64,000 nucleotides of DNA from an uncultured candidate division Zixibacteria bacterium (GTDB lineage: Bacteria; Zixibacteria; MSB-5A5; UBA10806; 4484-95). The position numbers and the translations under genes were made by a program. Numbering within the stretch: position 1 is the stretch's first letter; the number at the start of each line of letters is the position of its first letter. The stretch spans positions 32,001-96,000 of the forward strand of contig CAXXKA010000005.1 in NCBI GenBank assembly GCA_963668625.2, in the 5' to 3' direction. The notes beneath the pieces were generated by a model that worked only from the letters and a program-made list of their open reading frames with translations, searched no databases and was not told the origin of the DNA. Positions 32,187 to 41,804 of the stretch are shown here, piece after piece.

Positions 32187-33215
32187 TTAGGATACGTTTT
32201 TACTTTTTTATTATCGATGGTTTCAATCAATAGCACTGCCGCTGCCCAATATTACTATGTTAATGGATATTCTATGGCAGAGGATGGATTGACAAACAAT
32301 GTTATCTACAAAATAAGTTTGGAAACAGTCGAGGTAATTGACAGCATAGTTTTTGATAGGCAGGGGGAATTTACTTCATCAACTCCCATATCTTTACAAA
32401 GGCCGGGCAGTGACTTAAAATTATTAGTTTGGGTAGGATATGGATTGCCTGGTAAAAATTCAATTCCAGACAATCCGGTTTTATCATACTATTGGATTAT
32501 TAATGAACGAAATTTTAAAATAGCTGGATCTGATAGTCTGCTGAATAATATTGTTTTAGGAATTAAACCTATCGGTATAGATTCAGTAGAATTTGACTGC
32601 ATCGGTTTTTCACAGGATAAAGATGTTTTAAAAAAGTACACCTTCGATAGGGATAACAATAGTTTTAGGATGATTGAACAAACCCCATATAATGAAAGGG
32701 AGATCAATGATGTAAGAATTGGAGACTACACTAATCCTTATTATTTGGCGTTAAATAACCAACGAAATTACTACTATGATTTTTCTAATGATCCTGATGA
32801 GCTTATAGATATCTTTAGTACCCAAAATAATATTGATGTTTCAAAGCAAATAAATGCCGGCGATCTTTCGCAGGAGAGCGTGATTTTGGGATATTCTCCG
32901 GAGTATGACAATATTTACTGTTTCAATTTTCGATTCAAGATACTGGCTATGTATCCGCATCCTGAATCACCGGATTCGATTTCAAATACTCTGAGGATTA
33001 TAAACGGCGAAACATTTGATGTAATCAATACTATTAACTTTGAACTTGGTGATATTTACTTGCCGCAAGAATTAGAAAACGCCGTCTACCAGGATGGATA
33101 TCTAATTCACTATTTCGCCAAAAGCGATGGCTATGGCCGTTATGACCCCGCTTATTTGTTAATTTTCGACACCCGCACCAACGAGGCCTCGTGGCTGCGT
33201 GTGGGATGGAGGTAA
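32169..33215 (+). CDS. cassette partner protein 1 (signal peptide; putative immunity protein)
   Basis: Signal peptide ending AAA-Q; C-terminus FDTRTNEASWLRVGWR. Confidence 0.8.
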   Translation: MGRLTNLGYVFTFLLSMVSINSTAAAQYYYVNGYSMAEDGLTNNVIYKISLETVEVIDSIVFDRQGEFTSSTPISLQRPGSDLKLLVWVGYGLPGKNSIPDNPVLSYYWIINERNFKIAGSDSLLNNIVLGIKPIGIDSVEFDCIGFSQDKDVLKKYTFDRDNNSFRMIEQTPYNEREINDVRIGDYTNPYYLALNNQRNYYYDFSNDPDELIDIFSTQNNIDVSKQINAGDLSQESVILGYSPEYDNIYCFNFRFKILAMYPHPESPDSISNTLRIINGETFDVINTINFELGDIYLPQELENAVYQDGYLIHYFAKSDGYGRYDPAYLLIFDTRTNEASWLRVGWR

Positions 33216-33270
33216 AATTTGTTCGTGGCTGGCAAAAGTTTCCGCCTGCTGCTTAGAGACAGCAATGTTA
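33169..33270. repeat. cassette junction repeat (~102 bp), also at 35028-35129, 36889-36990 and 39832-39933; half copies at 31422-31469 and 41754-41803
   Basis: ACACCCGCACCAACGAGGCCTCGTGGCTGCGTGTGGGATGGAGGTAAAATTTGTTCGTGGCTGGCA(G/A)AAGTTTCCGCCTGCTGCTTAGAGACAGCnnnGTTA. Confidence 0.93.
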
Positions 33271-34046
33271 CATTCTGGAGAGATTCATTATATGCCGTTG
33301 GTGGATCTTTAACAGTTGCTTGCGAAGGGTATTTGACTCCTGTTGAAAACATCAATAATTGCTTTAATATTGATACTGATAGTACAATTAATGATACTAC
33401 TACTATTCCTACAAGATTGATATTGATAGATAGTGATCCTTCAAATCAGATGTTTCTTGACTCATTACAATATGACATCGTAAAAACAATTGCATATTAT
33501 GAATGGGCTGGAAGTAGTGATAGTAGGCATTGCGATGATCCATATAATTCTCAATATAACAACTATTGGGATAATGTTATAGATGAGGGAGATACTTGTA
33601 TAGAAACCAGATTTCCTTGCGAAAATCGCTATTCTACAGCAACTGGCACAATGCAAATGTTACGTGGTACCAGGGAAAAGCTTTTTAACGGCTCGTTTGT
33701 AGGAGGTGGAGACACAACGGGATTTATTGGTTGCTCCTGGGATTGCCTCGCATGGAATTGGAAAATTAATGTATTCAATGGAAAATGGGTATATATAACT
33801 GATATGTTCCACTATATTAATAAAGATACCAATCCCCAACGAAATTGGGACTCACTTTATACTCCAGCTAGTGATTATTCGCCTGACTCAACAAATAAAG
33901 AAGATATTGCTGTTTACGGTTACCATCTAGGCTCAACAAAGATGAAAGCAATTAGAACACAAAGCGATTGGAACGATAAAGTCGTAGAAGATGAATATGT
34001 CAATAACGTAAGAAGATATAAGGATGAAAAGCCATGGGAAGATTAA
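33219..34046 (+). CDS. orphan lytic transglycosylase-like effector C-terminal fragment 1
   Basis: TIAYYE, STATGTMQM, INVFNGKW, IAVYGYHLG and YVNNVR are SLT-type motifs in the right order; TTG start after GGAGG. Confidence 0.65.
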   Translation: MFVAGKSFRLLLRDSNVTFWRDSLYAVGGSLTVACEGYLTPVENINNCFNIDTDSTINDTTTIPTRLILIDSDPSNQMFLDSLQYDIVKTIAYYEWAGSSDSRHCDDPYNSQYNNYWDNVIDEGDTCIETRFPCENRYSTATGTMQMLRGTREKLFNGSFVGGGDTTGFIGCSWDCLAWNWKINVFNGKWVYITDMFHYINKDTNPQRNWDSLYTPASDYSPDSTNKEDIAVYGYHLGSTKMKAIRTQSDWNDKVVEDEYVNNVRRYKDEKPWED

Positions 34047-35074
34047 CTAATTTAGGATACGTTTTTACTTTTTTATTATCGATGGTTTCAATCAATAGCA
34101 CTGCCGCTGCCCAATATTATTACGTTAATGGATATTCTATGGCAGAGGATGGATTGACAAACAATGTTATCTACAAAATAAGTTTGGAAACAGTCGAGGT
34201 AATTGACAGCATAGTTTTTGATAGGCAGGGGGAATTTACTTCATCAACTCCCATATCTTTACAAAGGCCGGGCAGTGACTTAAAATTATTAGTTTGGGTA
34301 GGATATGGATTGCCTGGTAAAAATTCAATTCCAGACAATCCGGTTTTATCATACTATTGGATTATTAATGAACGAAATTTTAAAATAGCTGGATCTGATA
34401 GTCTGCTGAATAATATTGTTTTAGGAATTAAACCTATCGGTATAGATTCAGTAGAATTTGACTGCATCGGTTTTTCACAGGATAAAGATGTTTTAAAAAA
34501 GTACACCTTCGATAGGGATAACAATAGTTTTAGGATGATTGAACAAACCCCATATAATGAAATTGAGATAAATAATGAAAGAATTGGAGACTACATTTTT
34601 CCTCACTACCTGGCGGAAAATAATCAGCGTAACTACTATTATGATTTTTTGCGTCATCCAAACATATATATATTTAGTACCCAAAATAATATTGATGTTT
34701 CAAAGCAAATAAATGCTGGCGATCTTTCACAGGAGAGTGTGATTTTGGGATATTCTCCGGAGTATGATAATATCTACTGTTTTAATTTTCGATACAAGAT
34801 ACTGGCAATGTATCCGCATCCCGAATCACCGGATTCGATTTCAAATACTCTGAGGATTATAAACGGCGAAACATTTGATGTAATCAATACTATTAATTTT
34901 GAACTGGGTGATATTTACTTGCCTAAAGAATACAATAAAGCTGATTATCAGGATGGATATCTAATTCACTATTTTGCCAAAAGCGATGGCTATGGCCGTT
35001 ATGACCCCGCTTATTTGTTAATTTTTAACACCCGCACCAACGAGGCCTCGTGGCTGCGTGTGGGATGGAGGTAA
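34034..35074 (+). CDS. cassette partner protein 2 (mosaic paralogue of partner 1)
   Basis: Protein is identical to partner 1 over the first ~175 aa, then has two divergent patches; same C-terminal motif. Confidence 0.8.
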   Translation: MGRLTNLGYVFTFLLSMVSINSTAAAQYYYVNGYSMAEDGLTNNVIYKISLETVEVIDSIVFDRQGEFTSSTPISLQRPGSDLKLLVWVGYGLPGKNSIPDNPVLSYYWIINERNFKIAGSDSLLNNIVLGIKPIGIDSVEFDCIGFSQDKDVLKKYTFDRDNNSFRMIEQTPYNEIEINNERIGDYIFPHYLAENNQRNYYYDFLRHPNIYIFSTQNNIDVSKQINAGDLSQESVILGYSPEYDNIYCFNFRYKILAMYPHPESPDSISNTLRIINGETFDVINTINFELGDIYLPKEYNKADYQDGYLIHYFAKSDGYGRYDPAYLLIFNTRTNEASWLRVGWR

Positions 35075-35077
35075 AAT

Positions 35078-35923
35078 TTGTTCGTGGCTGGCAGAAGTTT
35101 CCGCCTGCTGCTTAGAGACAGCGAGGTTACATTCTGGAGAGATTCATTGTATGCTGTAGGTGGTTCGTTAACTGTTGCGTGCCAGGGGTATTTATCCCCG
35201 GTTGAAAATATCAATAATTGCTTTCAAATAGATACTGACAGTACATTAAATGATTCTACTAAAATCCCAGATTTATTGATACTTATTGATCGAGATCCAC
35301 CAAACGCTTTATTCTCTGATAGTCTTGGTACAGATAGAAATAGGGCTATTGCATGGGCTGAAGCCGCAGGCACTTTGGATATAACTCATTGTCATAATCC
35401 ATATAATCCCTTATGGAATCATTACTGGGATACCAGAATAAGCGGGGCGGATACATGCTACGATACGCGTACTCCTTGTGAAAATGCTGGTGGCACCGAT
35501 ACTGGGATAATGCAGATATATAGAACTGTATGGGATACAGTATTTACCACACCAAGTAGCTTCCCACAATATCCCGCTGGCTTTACAATATGCAAACGGG
35601 ATAGTCTGGAATGGAATTGGATGATTTGTATACATAATGGACGGTGGATACTGGAAGATTGTATGCCTGCACGTATGAAAGCTTCTCAACAAGCTTGGCC
35701 TGAATCTTGTTCATATGCAGATTGTGATTCTGTTCCTGATATGCCTAACCAAGAAGACTTAGCTAATTATGGTTATCATGCAGGTGAAGGCAGAATGAGG
35801 ATTATTGATACTGAAAAACTATGGAAACAAAAGATATTTAAACCTAATAATCTTTTTGAAATCGATTGGGCAAATTATATTAAGAATGTAAGGAGGATAA
35901 AGTATAATGGAAATTTATGGTAA
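35078..35923 (+). CDS. orphan lytic transglycosylase-like effector C-terminal fragment 2
   Basis: AIAWAE, TDTGIMQI, ICIHNGRW, LANYGYHAG and NYIKNVR. Confidence 0.65.
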   Translation: MFVAGRSFRLLLRDSEVTFWRDSLYAVGGSLTVACQGYLSPVENINNCFQIDTDSTLNDSTKIPDLLILIDRDPPNALFSDSLGTDRNRAIAWAEAAGTLDITHCHNPYNPLWNHYWDTRISGADTCYDTRTPCENAGGTDTGIMQIYRTVWDTVFTTPSSFPQYPAGFTICKRDSLEWNWMICIHNGRWILEDCMPARMKASQQAWPESCSYADCDSVPDMPNQEDLANYGYHAGEGRMRIIDTEKLWKQKIFKPNNLFEIDWANYIKNVRRIKYNGNLW

Positions 35924-36935
35924 AAACGCGATAGGCATTCTGTTAGCTGTGTCTATTTGCGCGAGCATTTGCTTTGCACAGCAATATGCAGTCAATACCT
36001 ACGATGAAGACTCTCCCGGTTTTCCCAAAAGGATTAAAACAGTTTTTATAGACCTTGAAAATAAAAATATAATTGAAAGTGTTGTAATTGGTGAACAAGG
36101 TCAAATAATTAATAAAACACCATTAGTCATAAAAAAGCAATCTGATTCGTTGTTAATTACTGTAGTCATGGAAAGATGTTATTGCGATAATGCAACATTA
36201 GGGCAAACCAGAGCAAGAATTACCTTATTTGATTTTGAGTCCATAAGAATTTTAGATTCTTATGATGATACTAGCCTATTTATTACTTCTCTAGAACAAC
36301 TTGAAGGCGAGAGAATTTATATGTCCGGTTCGTTAATTTACGATCATAATAGAACAATTAAAGGCATATATACTCTTAACAATGTTTTTCATTTAAATTT
36401 GGAGGAATCGAGATCTCGGGATTATTCTTACAATCTATTAGATGGCATAAATAACTTTGATTTACTTGAGCTGGTTGATACGCGATTAAATTTATATAAG
36501 ACATCAAATGGTTCACAACGTTTTATTTTACGGATAAATAACTCCAGAGACCAGTTGTTAGATTCATTAGTTTTAGATAATGAACCTTACAGAAGCCAAG
36601 TTTTTGCCATAAAGGATACACTTATTTATGTATTCAATCAAAATTATGAAATTCATATGGAATTTACGACAAAAAATCGCGAAGATAATTGGATTGATAG
36701 TCATGTTAAGTTGTATGATTTAAGCGATTTCTCTTTAATTGATTCAATACCATTACCTGATTATCCTGAAAACGACTATATAGGCGGTGATTTTAATAAA
36801 GCTGATGTAGTCGGTGACTTTATCGTATATTACTTTTTTGGTAGAGAGGGCTTAACCCGTTATGCTCCAGCCATGCTATTCATTTTCGACACCCGCACCA
36901 ACGAGGCCTCGTGGCTGCGTGTGGGATGGAGGTAA
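35907..36935 (+). CDS. cassette partner protein 3
   Basis: Signal peptide (CFA-Q), divergent body, invariant C-terminus. Confidence 0.8.
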   Translation: MEIYGKNAIGILLAVSICASICFAQQYAVNTYDEDSPGFPKRIKTVFIDLENKNIIESVVIGEQGQIINKTPLVIKKQSDSLLITVVMERCYCDNATLGQTRARITLFDFESIRILDSYDDTSLFITSLEQLEGERIYMSGSLIYDHNRTIKGIYTLNNVFHLNLEESRSRDYSYNLLDGINNFDLLELVDTRLNLYKTSNGSQRFILRINNSRDQLLDSLVLDNEPYRSQVFAIKDTLIYVFNQNYEIHMEFTTKNREDNWIDSHVKLYDLSDFSLIDSIPLPDYPENDYIGGDFNKADVVGDFIVYYFFGREGLTRYAPAMLFIFDTRTNEASWLRVGWR

Positions 36936-37086
36936 AATTTGTTCGTGGCTGGCAGAAGTTTCCGCCTGCTGCTTAGAGACAGCGAGGTTAAATGGCGTAG
37001 TAAAGGGGCAGATGAGGTTATTTACCATCTTAGAACAATAATTTTAATAATATTACATAATTGCTTGACAAAATAGAATACCCTAG

Positions 37087-38862
37087 CGCATATTACAGCA
37101 TATTGGAGCAGGCAGTTTAGGAGCAGGTTACTTTTACTTCCCCGGAGAACAAATACTTGTATGTGAAGAACAGCCGGTACTCTCGGAAAATTGCTGGCTT
37201 GAGGATGTATTATCTTGGCCGCCAAGGATTTTAATAACGAATGTCGATGTAGTATGGCCTGATGGTCGAGAGTATGAACATACAAGTTTATACGGTTGCG
37301 GGTGTATAATAGGGGAAGACTACCAGGATACTGTACGTAAAATAAACGGACTTGGTTATATAAGGTTTATAAATAGTGGCTTTCCATATTTCTGGCCTGT
37401 TTGTGAAGGTTATATTATTTATGATACTTATGCATTTACCTGTATGAGAACCCCATGCCAGGGCGGTGGAGGTGCATTTGAGCCAAAACAATCGATAGCT
37501 TTTACTGATTCATTATATAATGATTTCCCTGATACACTGGACGTTATTATCTCCGGCGATTCACCTTTATATTTCAAGGCCCGCTCTCATTACTGGTCGT
37601 ATAGTGATTCAATATCCGCTACGCTTTACATAAAAGATGTACTTGAGTCAACGCATACCGTGTACCTTTATAACAGCGGTGATTCATGTTTTTATGGCAG
37701 CTTTGAAAACAGTAAAGAGCTTGGATTGAAATCATTCGGTATGGCACATATCGACATCGATTCGGTACGATTAGAATTAGATCCTTTTGCCGTTACTTTC
37801 GATGAAGTTGGTGTTTGTCTGCCGAAGCTAATAACCTCAACCGATACCGTTATTATCAATCATTCTGATATGAAAGTAAGCGCGGATTTTATAGCCGGCC
37901 TGGAGATAATACATGATGTAACCGGGGATAGAGTAGAGCCTGCCGAGATTGTTGATAGTGTTGGGTACAGGTACAAAAGCAAATGGGTATCTAATACAAG
38001 TTATTCTAAAACAACTAAACATAAAATATTCTATCGCTCCTTTCCAGATGATACTACGAAGTCATTGTGGTGGGACGGTAACAGAGATAGTTGTAGTGTA
38101 ACTTTTTGTAGAGATTCATTGTATGCGGTTGGGGGTTCTCTATCAGTTGCTTGCGAAGGGTATTTGACTCCTGTTGAAAACATCAATAATTGCTTTAATA
38201 TTGATACTGATAGTACAATTAATGATACTACTACTATTCCTACAAGATTGATATTGATTGATAGTGATCCTTCGAATCAGATGTTTCTTGACTCATTACA
38301 ATATGACATTATTAAAGCTATTGCATGGCAGGAATATGCTGGCAGTAATGATGGAACTCATTGTACGCCTTATCATAATCGATATAATAATTATTGGGAT
38401 AGTAGAATTACTGAAAGTGATACATGTCTCGATACGAGATTCCCTTGCGAAAATCGCTTATCTACAGCCACAGGTATAATGCAAATGTTACGTAGTACTT
38501 GGGAGAACTTATTTAATTTAAGCGGCGTTTATACTGAGCCCGATAGTTTTTATGCATGTAAATGGGATAGTTTAGCTTGGAGTTGGAAGATAAATATATT
38601 TAATGGTAAATATATCCATCAAAAAAGCTGCTTTTATCATATGACCAGTGCACAAAAGGCATGGGATTCTTTATATACTCCAGCTTCTGATTATACACCT
38701 GATTCTACTAATAGAGAAGATTTAGCTACTTATGGTTATAAAGAAGGTAGCACGTTTATGAGAAAAATTAGAACTTTAAAAGACTGGAATACTAAAATTA
38801 AATCGTTTTTTTACGTAAATAACGTAAGAATGTATAAGGATGAAAAGCCATGGGAAGATTAG
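37087..38862 (+). CDS. longest effector frame (Cys-rich N-region + lytic transglycosylase-like CT), probably 5'-truncated
   Basis: Frame is open from 37087, 119 codons before the first ATG at 37444. CT motifs: AIAWQE, STATGIMQM, INIFNGKY, LATYGYKEG, YVNNVR, PWED. Confidence 0.65.
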   Translation, partial: RILQHIGAGSLGAGYFYFPGEQILVCEEQPVLSENCWLEDVLSWPPRILITNVDVVWPDGREYEHTSLYGCGCIIGEDYQDTVRKINGLGYIRFINSGFPYFWPVCEGYIIYDTYAFTCMRTPCQGGGGAFEPKQSIAFTDSLYNDFPDTLDVIISGDSPLYFKARSHYWSYSDSISATLYIKDVLESTHTVYLYNSGDSCFYGSFENSKELGLKSFGMAHIDIDSVRLELDPFAVTFDEVGVCLPKLITSTDTVIINHSDMKVSADFIAGLEIIHDVTGDRVEPAEIVDSVGYRYKSKWVSNTSYSKTTKHKIFYRSFPDDTTKSLWWDGNRDSCSVTFCRDSLYAVGGSLSVACEGYLTPVENINNCFNIDTDSTINDTTTIPTRLILIDSDPSNQMFLDSLQYDIIKAIAWQEYAGSNDGTHCTPYHNRYNNYWDSRITESDTCLDTRFPCENRLSTATGIMQMLRSTWENLFNLSGVYTEPDSFYACKWDSLAWSWKINIFNGKYIHQKSCFYHMTSAQKAWDSLYTPASDYTPDSTNREDLATYGYKEGSTFMRKIRTLKDWNTKIKSFFYVNNVRMYKDEKPWED

Positions 38863-39878
38863 TTCAATTAACCTCATTAATTATGACTATAGCGGTCATT
38901 ACATCATTAGTGAATGCTCAAACGATATATCTTAACTCATATGCATTAGATGAGAGATCAATAAGCAATTTTATTTATAAAGTTAATATAGAAAGCCAAT
39001 CTATTGAGGATTCACTATTTTTACCAACCAATGGATCTTTCTGTATGAAAAAGCCAATTATAGTTGATTATAGTAACAGTAGTTATATTCTCTCATTTTG
39101 GGTAAATGGATTGTATGCTAAAAACTCGCAACTTGGAATACATACTACATCTCATTATTGCGCCGTTGATATGGAGACATTCGATATGGTTAATTGTGAT
39201 AGTCTTCTTGATGTAATGGTAGGTGATAAATACTCGTATGATAATGACACTTTGATTGTTGAATTATATGAAGAAAATACCGGTGTATGGGAAGAAAGTA
39301 AATTATTATTTGATAGGGATAACAGACTAATTGAGCAAAGTAGCCGAAATTTAACAAGACAAGATTTAGAATCTATTATGGTTGGTAATTATGTTGAACC
39401 TGATATAATTTTCTCACAGGATACTATTAGCTATTATTGGGGGTATGAGGATGTTGGTGAAAATTCATATGTTAATTTACTTGCGGTTATTGATAGTGAT
39501 ATTATTTTTGAAAAGAGAATTGCCGATAGAGTATCTGCAAATATCATTGTGGGATTTAATTCAGAAACAAATATGATATATGCATTTATTTTACCTTTTA
39601 AGCTTCTATCATATAATCCAATCGAACAATCGCCTGAAAATATAACACCTGAAATACTAGTAATTAGTCCGGATAATTTTGAAATAGTGCAAACTCTTAA
39701 TATTGATATGGGAGATATATATCTGGGTCGTGAAACTGGAAACTGTAGTTCATTCGATTCCTATTTATACTATTACTTCTTCCTCCAAGATGGTGTTGGC
39801 CGTTATGACCCCGCTTATTTGTTAATTTTTAACACCCGCACCAACGAGGCCTCGTGGCTGCGTGTGGGATGGAGGTAA
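38850..39878 (+). CDS. cassette partner protein 4
   Basis: Signal peptide (VNA-Q), overlaps the effector stop, invariant C-terminus. Confidence 0.8.
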   Translation: MGRLVQLTSLIMTIAVITSLVNAQTIYLNSYALDERSISNFIYKVNIESQSIEDSLFLPTNGSFCMKKPIIVDYSNSSYILSFWVNGLYAKNSQLGIHTTSHYCAVDMETFDMVNCDSLLDVMVGDKYSYDNDTLIVELYEENTGVWEESKLLFDRDNRLIEQSSRNLTRQDLESIMVGNYVEPDIIFSQDTISYYWGYEDVGENSYVNLLAVIDSDIIFEKRIADRVSANIIVGFNSETNMIYAFILPFKLLSYNPIEQSPENITPEILVISPDNFEIVQTLNIDMGDIYLGRETGNCSSFDSYLYYYFFLQDGVGRYDPAYLLIFNTRTNEASWLRVGWR

Positions 39879-39881
39879 AAT

Positions 39882-40742
39882 TTGTTCGTGGCTGGCAGAA
39901 GTTTCCGCCTGCTGCTTAGAGACAGCGAGGTTACATTCTGGAGAGATTCATTGTATGCTGTAGGTGGTTCGTTAACTGTTGCGTGCCAGGGGTATTTATC
40001 CCCGGTTGAAAATATCAATAATTGCTTTCAAATAGATACTGACAGTACATTAAATGATTCTACTAAAATCCCAGATTTATTGATACTTATTGATCGAGAT
40101 CCACCAAACGCTTTATTCTCTGATAGTCTTGGTACAGATAGAAATAGGGCTATTGCATGGGCTGAAGCCGCAGGCACTTTGGATATAACTCATTGTCATA
40201 ATCCATATAATCCCTTATGGAATCATTACTGGGATACCAGAATAAGCGGGGCGGATACATGTTCTGATACTCATATGCCATGTGAAAATGCGATTGGTGT
40301 TGATACTGGTGTTATGCAAATATATAGACAATGGAAACCACAGAGTTCTACAGATACAAGTGGTTGGGCATTACATTTTGCTAGATCAAATAGTAAACCT
40401 AGTGGGTATATACAAGTAATGTGGGATAGCCTTGCTTGGAATTGGGCTATATGCATTTATAATGGCAAATACATTCACGATGTATATATGCCATCAAGAT
40501 TTACTTCTGCGCAAAAACTTTTTCCAGATTCATGCTCTTACGCTAACTGCGACACTTTTCCGTTAAATGCTAATAAAGAAGACTTAAAAAGCTATGGATA
40601 TCATAGAGGTGACCCTGAGATGAAATCAATCACAACTATTAATTGGAATGAAATGGTTGCTGATACTACTGATCCTATTAGCGATGGAGCACAATATGTA
40701 CAAAGAGTTAGATTGTTCAAATATACAAAACCATGGGAGTAA
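39882..40742 (+). CDS. orphan lytic transglycosylase-like effector C-terminal fragment 3
   Basis: First ~127 aa identical to fragment 2, then divergent: DTGVMQI, ICIYNGKY, SYGYHRG, QYVQRVR, KPWE. Confidence 0.65.
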   Translation: MFVAGRSFRLLLRDSEVTFWRDSLYAVGGSLTVACQGYLSPVENINNCFQIDTDSTLNDSTKIPDLLILIDRDPPNALFSDSLGTDRNRAIAWAEAAGTLDITHCHNPYNPLWNHYWDTRISGADTCSDTHMPCENAIGVDTGVMQIYRQWKPQSSTDTSGWALHFARSNSKPSGYIQVMWDSLAWNWAICIYNGKYIHDVYMPSRFTSAQKLFPDSCSYANCDTFPLNANKEDLKSYGYHRGDPEMKSITTINWNEMVADTTDPISDGAQYVQRVRLFKYTKPWE

Positions 40743-41800
40743 AAATGAATTGTAGATTAAGATTCATTGGATTAGTTTGTTGGATAATATTATTACACTC
40801 ATTAGCTTTGTCGGAAGCATATGTTGTGCATTCATATACAAGCAACAATCCTACTTCTTACAATGTATCAGTAAGCCTAATTAATCTTAATACACTGGAA
40901 ATAATCGACAATATTGAATTACCTATGACTGGCACAATAATGAACAAAAAGCCAATAGTGGTACTTGTGGATGACCAGGAATTGTTTTTATGTTTTACCC
41001 TTAATGGATGTATGGGGAAAAACGCAGATTTATCAGGTAACGGAGAAGTGTTGTATTATTCCGTGTATACAATTCGTGATAATTCTATACAGCTATTGCA
41101 TACCGATAGCTTGAGTGCCGTTATCGTTGATTACGTAGAGCAACTTCAGGGAGAGTCAGGTTTCAGATTGTCAATAAGGGATGCCCTGCGTGATAATTAT
41201 CTATTTGATCCGGGTTTATACTCAATCGATAATAATTTTGATTTTAGTCCAATCAGTCCAATTGAAAATGACAATGAAATGCCAGGTTACATTGAGCAGA
41301 TTGATGAATTCGAAAACTTGAATATTATTCGAAATGCAGAAGCAGATCATCTTTATTATTCATTTCATAATTCTCAATACTGGCTTTTAAAACTTGATAC
41401 TCGGGATAATTCAATAGTTGATTCTCTTCAACTAAGATATTCTGGCGGTCAAGCGACTATTTTTGGTTATCATCCATTGAGAGATAAGTTTTATTGTTTT
41501 CACACTAACTATGAGATCCATGGGAAATTCGTGGAGAAAAGCAGAGAGAACTATTATATCACGCCTGATGTCCAAATATATAATCCTTTAACATTGGAGT
41601 TGATGGAAAGCTTTGGAATACCGGACTATCCCGAGGGCAATTACCCCGGAAAAGAAAACGGCGCTTTCGATACGGTCGGTGATTATATAATTTATTATTT
41701 TTTTGAGGATGACTGGTTTCCAGTATATGCTCCAGCTATGCTATTCATTTTTAACACCCGCACCAACGAGGCCTCGTGGCTGCGTGTGGGATGGAGGTAA
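40733..41800 (+). CDS. cassette partner protein 5
   Basis: Signal peptide, most similar to partner 3 (NYEIH, PDYPE, YAPAMLFIF), invariant C-terminus. Confidence 0.8.
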   Translation: MGVKMNCRLRFIGLVCWIILLHSLALSEAYVVHSYTSNNPTSYNVSVSLINLNTLEIIDNIELPMTGTIMNKKPIVVLVDDQELFLCFTLNGCMGKNADLSGNGEVLYYSVYTIRDNSIQLLHTDSLSAVIVDYVEQLQGESGFRLSIRDALRDNYLFDPGLYSIDNNFDFSPISPIENDNEMPGYIEQIDEFENLNIIRNAEADHLYYSFHNSQYWLLKLDTRDNSIVDSLQLRYSGGQATIFGYHPLRDKFYCFHTNYEIHGKFVEKSRENYYITPDVQIYNPLTLELMESFGIPDYPEGNYPGKENGAFDTVGDYIIYYFFEDDWFPVYAPAMLFIFNTRTNEASWLRVGWR

Positions 41801-41804
41801 AATC

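Noticed and set aside
32169-35074. Diversity-generating retroelement TR/VR pair between partners 1 and 2
   Set aside because: Differences include many C/T and other non-adenine changes plus an indel, and no reverse transcriptase is in the window.
31501-37491. Duplicated minus-strand ORFs (31501/37022, 31767/37288) and those at 33152, 35011 and 39815
   Set aside because: They are antisense to the effector frame or junction and repeat only because the DNA is duplicated.
33169-39933. Integron attC sites (junction identity ends at GTTA; GTTAAAT fits GTTRRRY)
   Set aside because: There is no matching RYYYAAC box, no end-to-end attC hairpin and no intI. The GTT is the Val codon of RDSxV, homologous to effector coding sequence.
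41703-41804. N-terminal extension of the NHL gene given in the ORF track
   Set aside because: It overlaps partner 5; the RBS and signal peptide indicate the start is ATG 41805.
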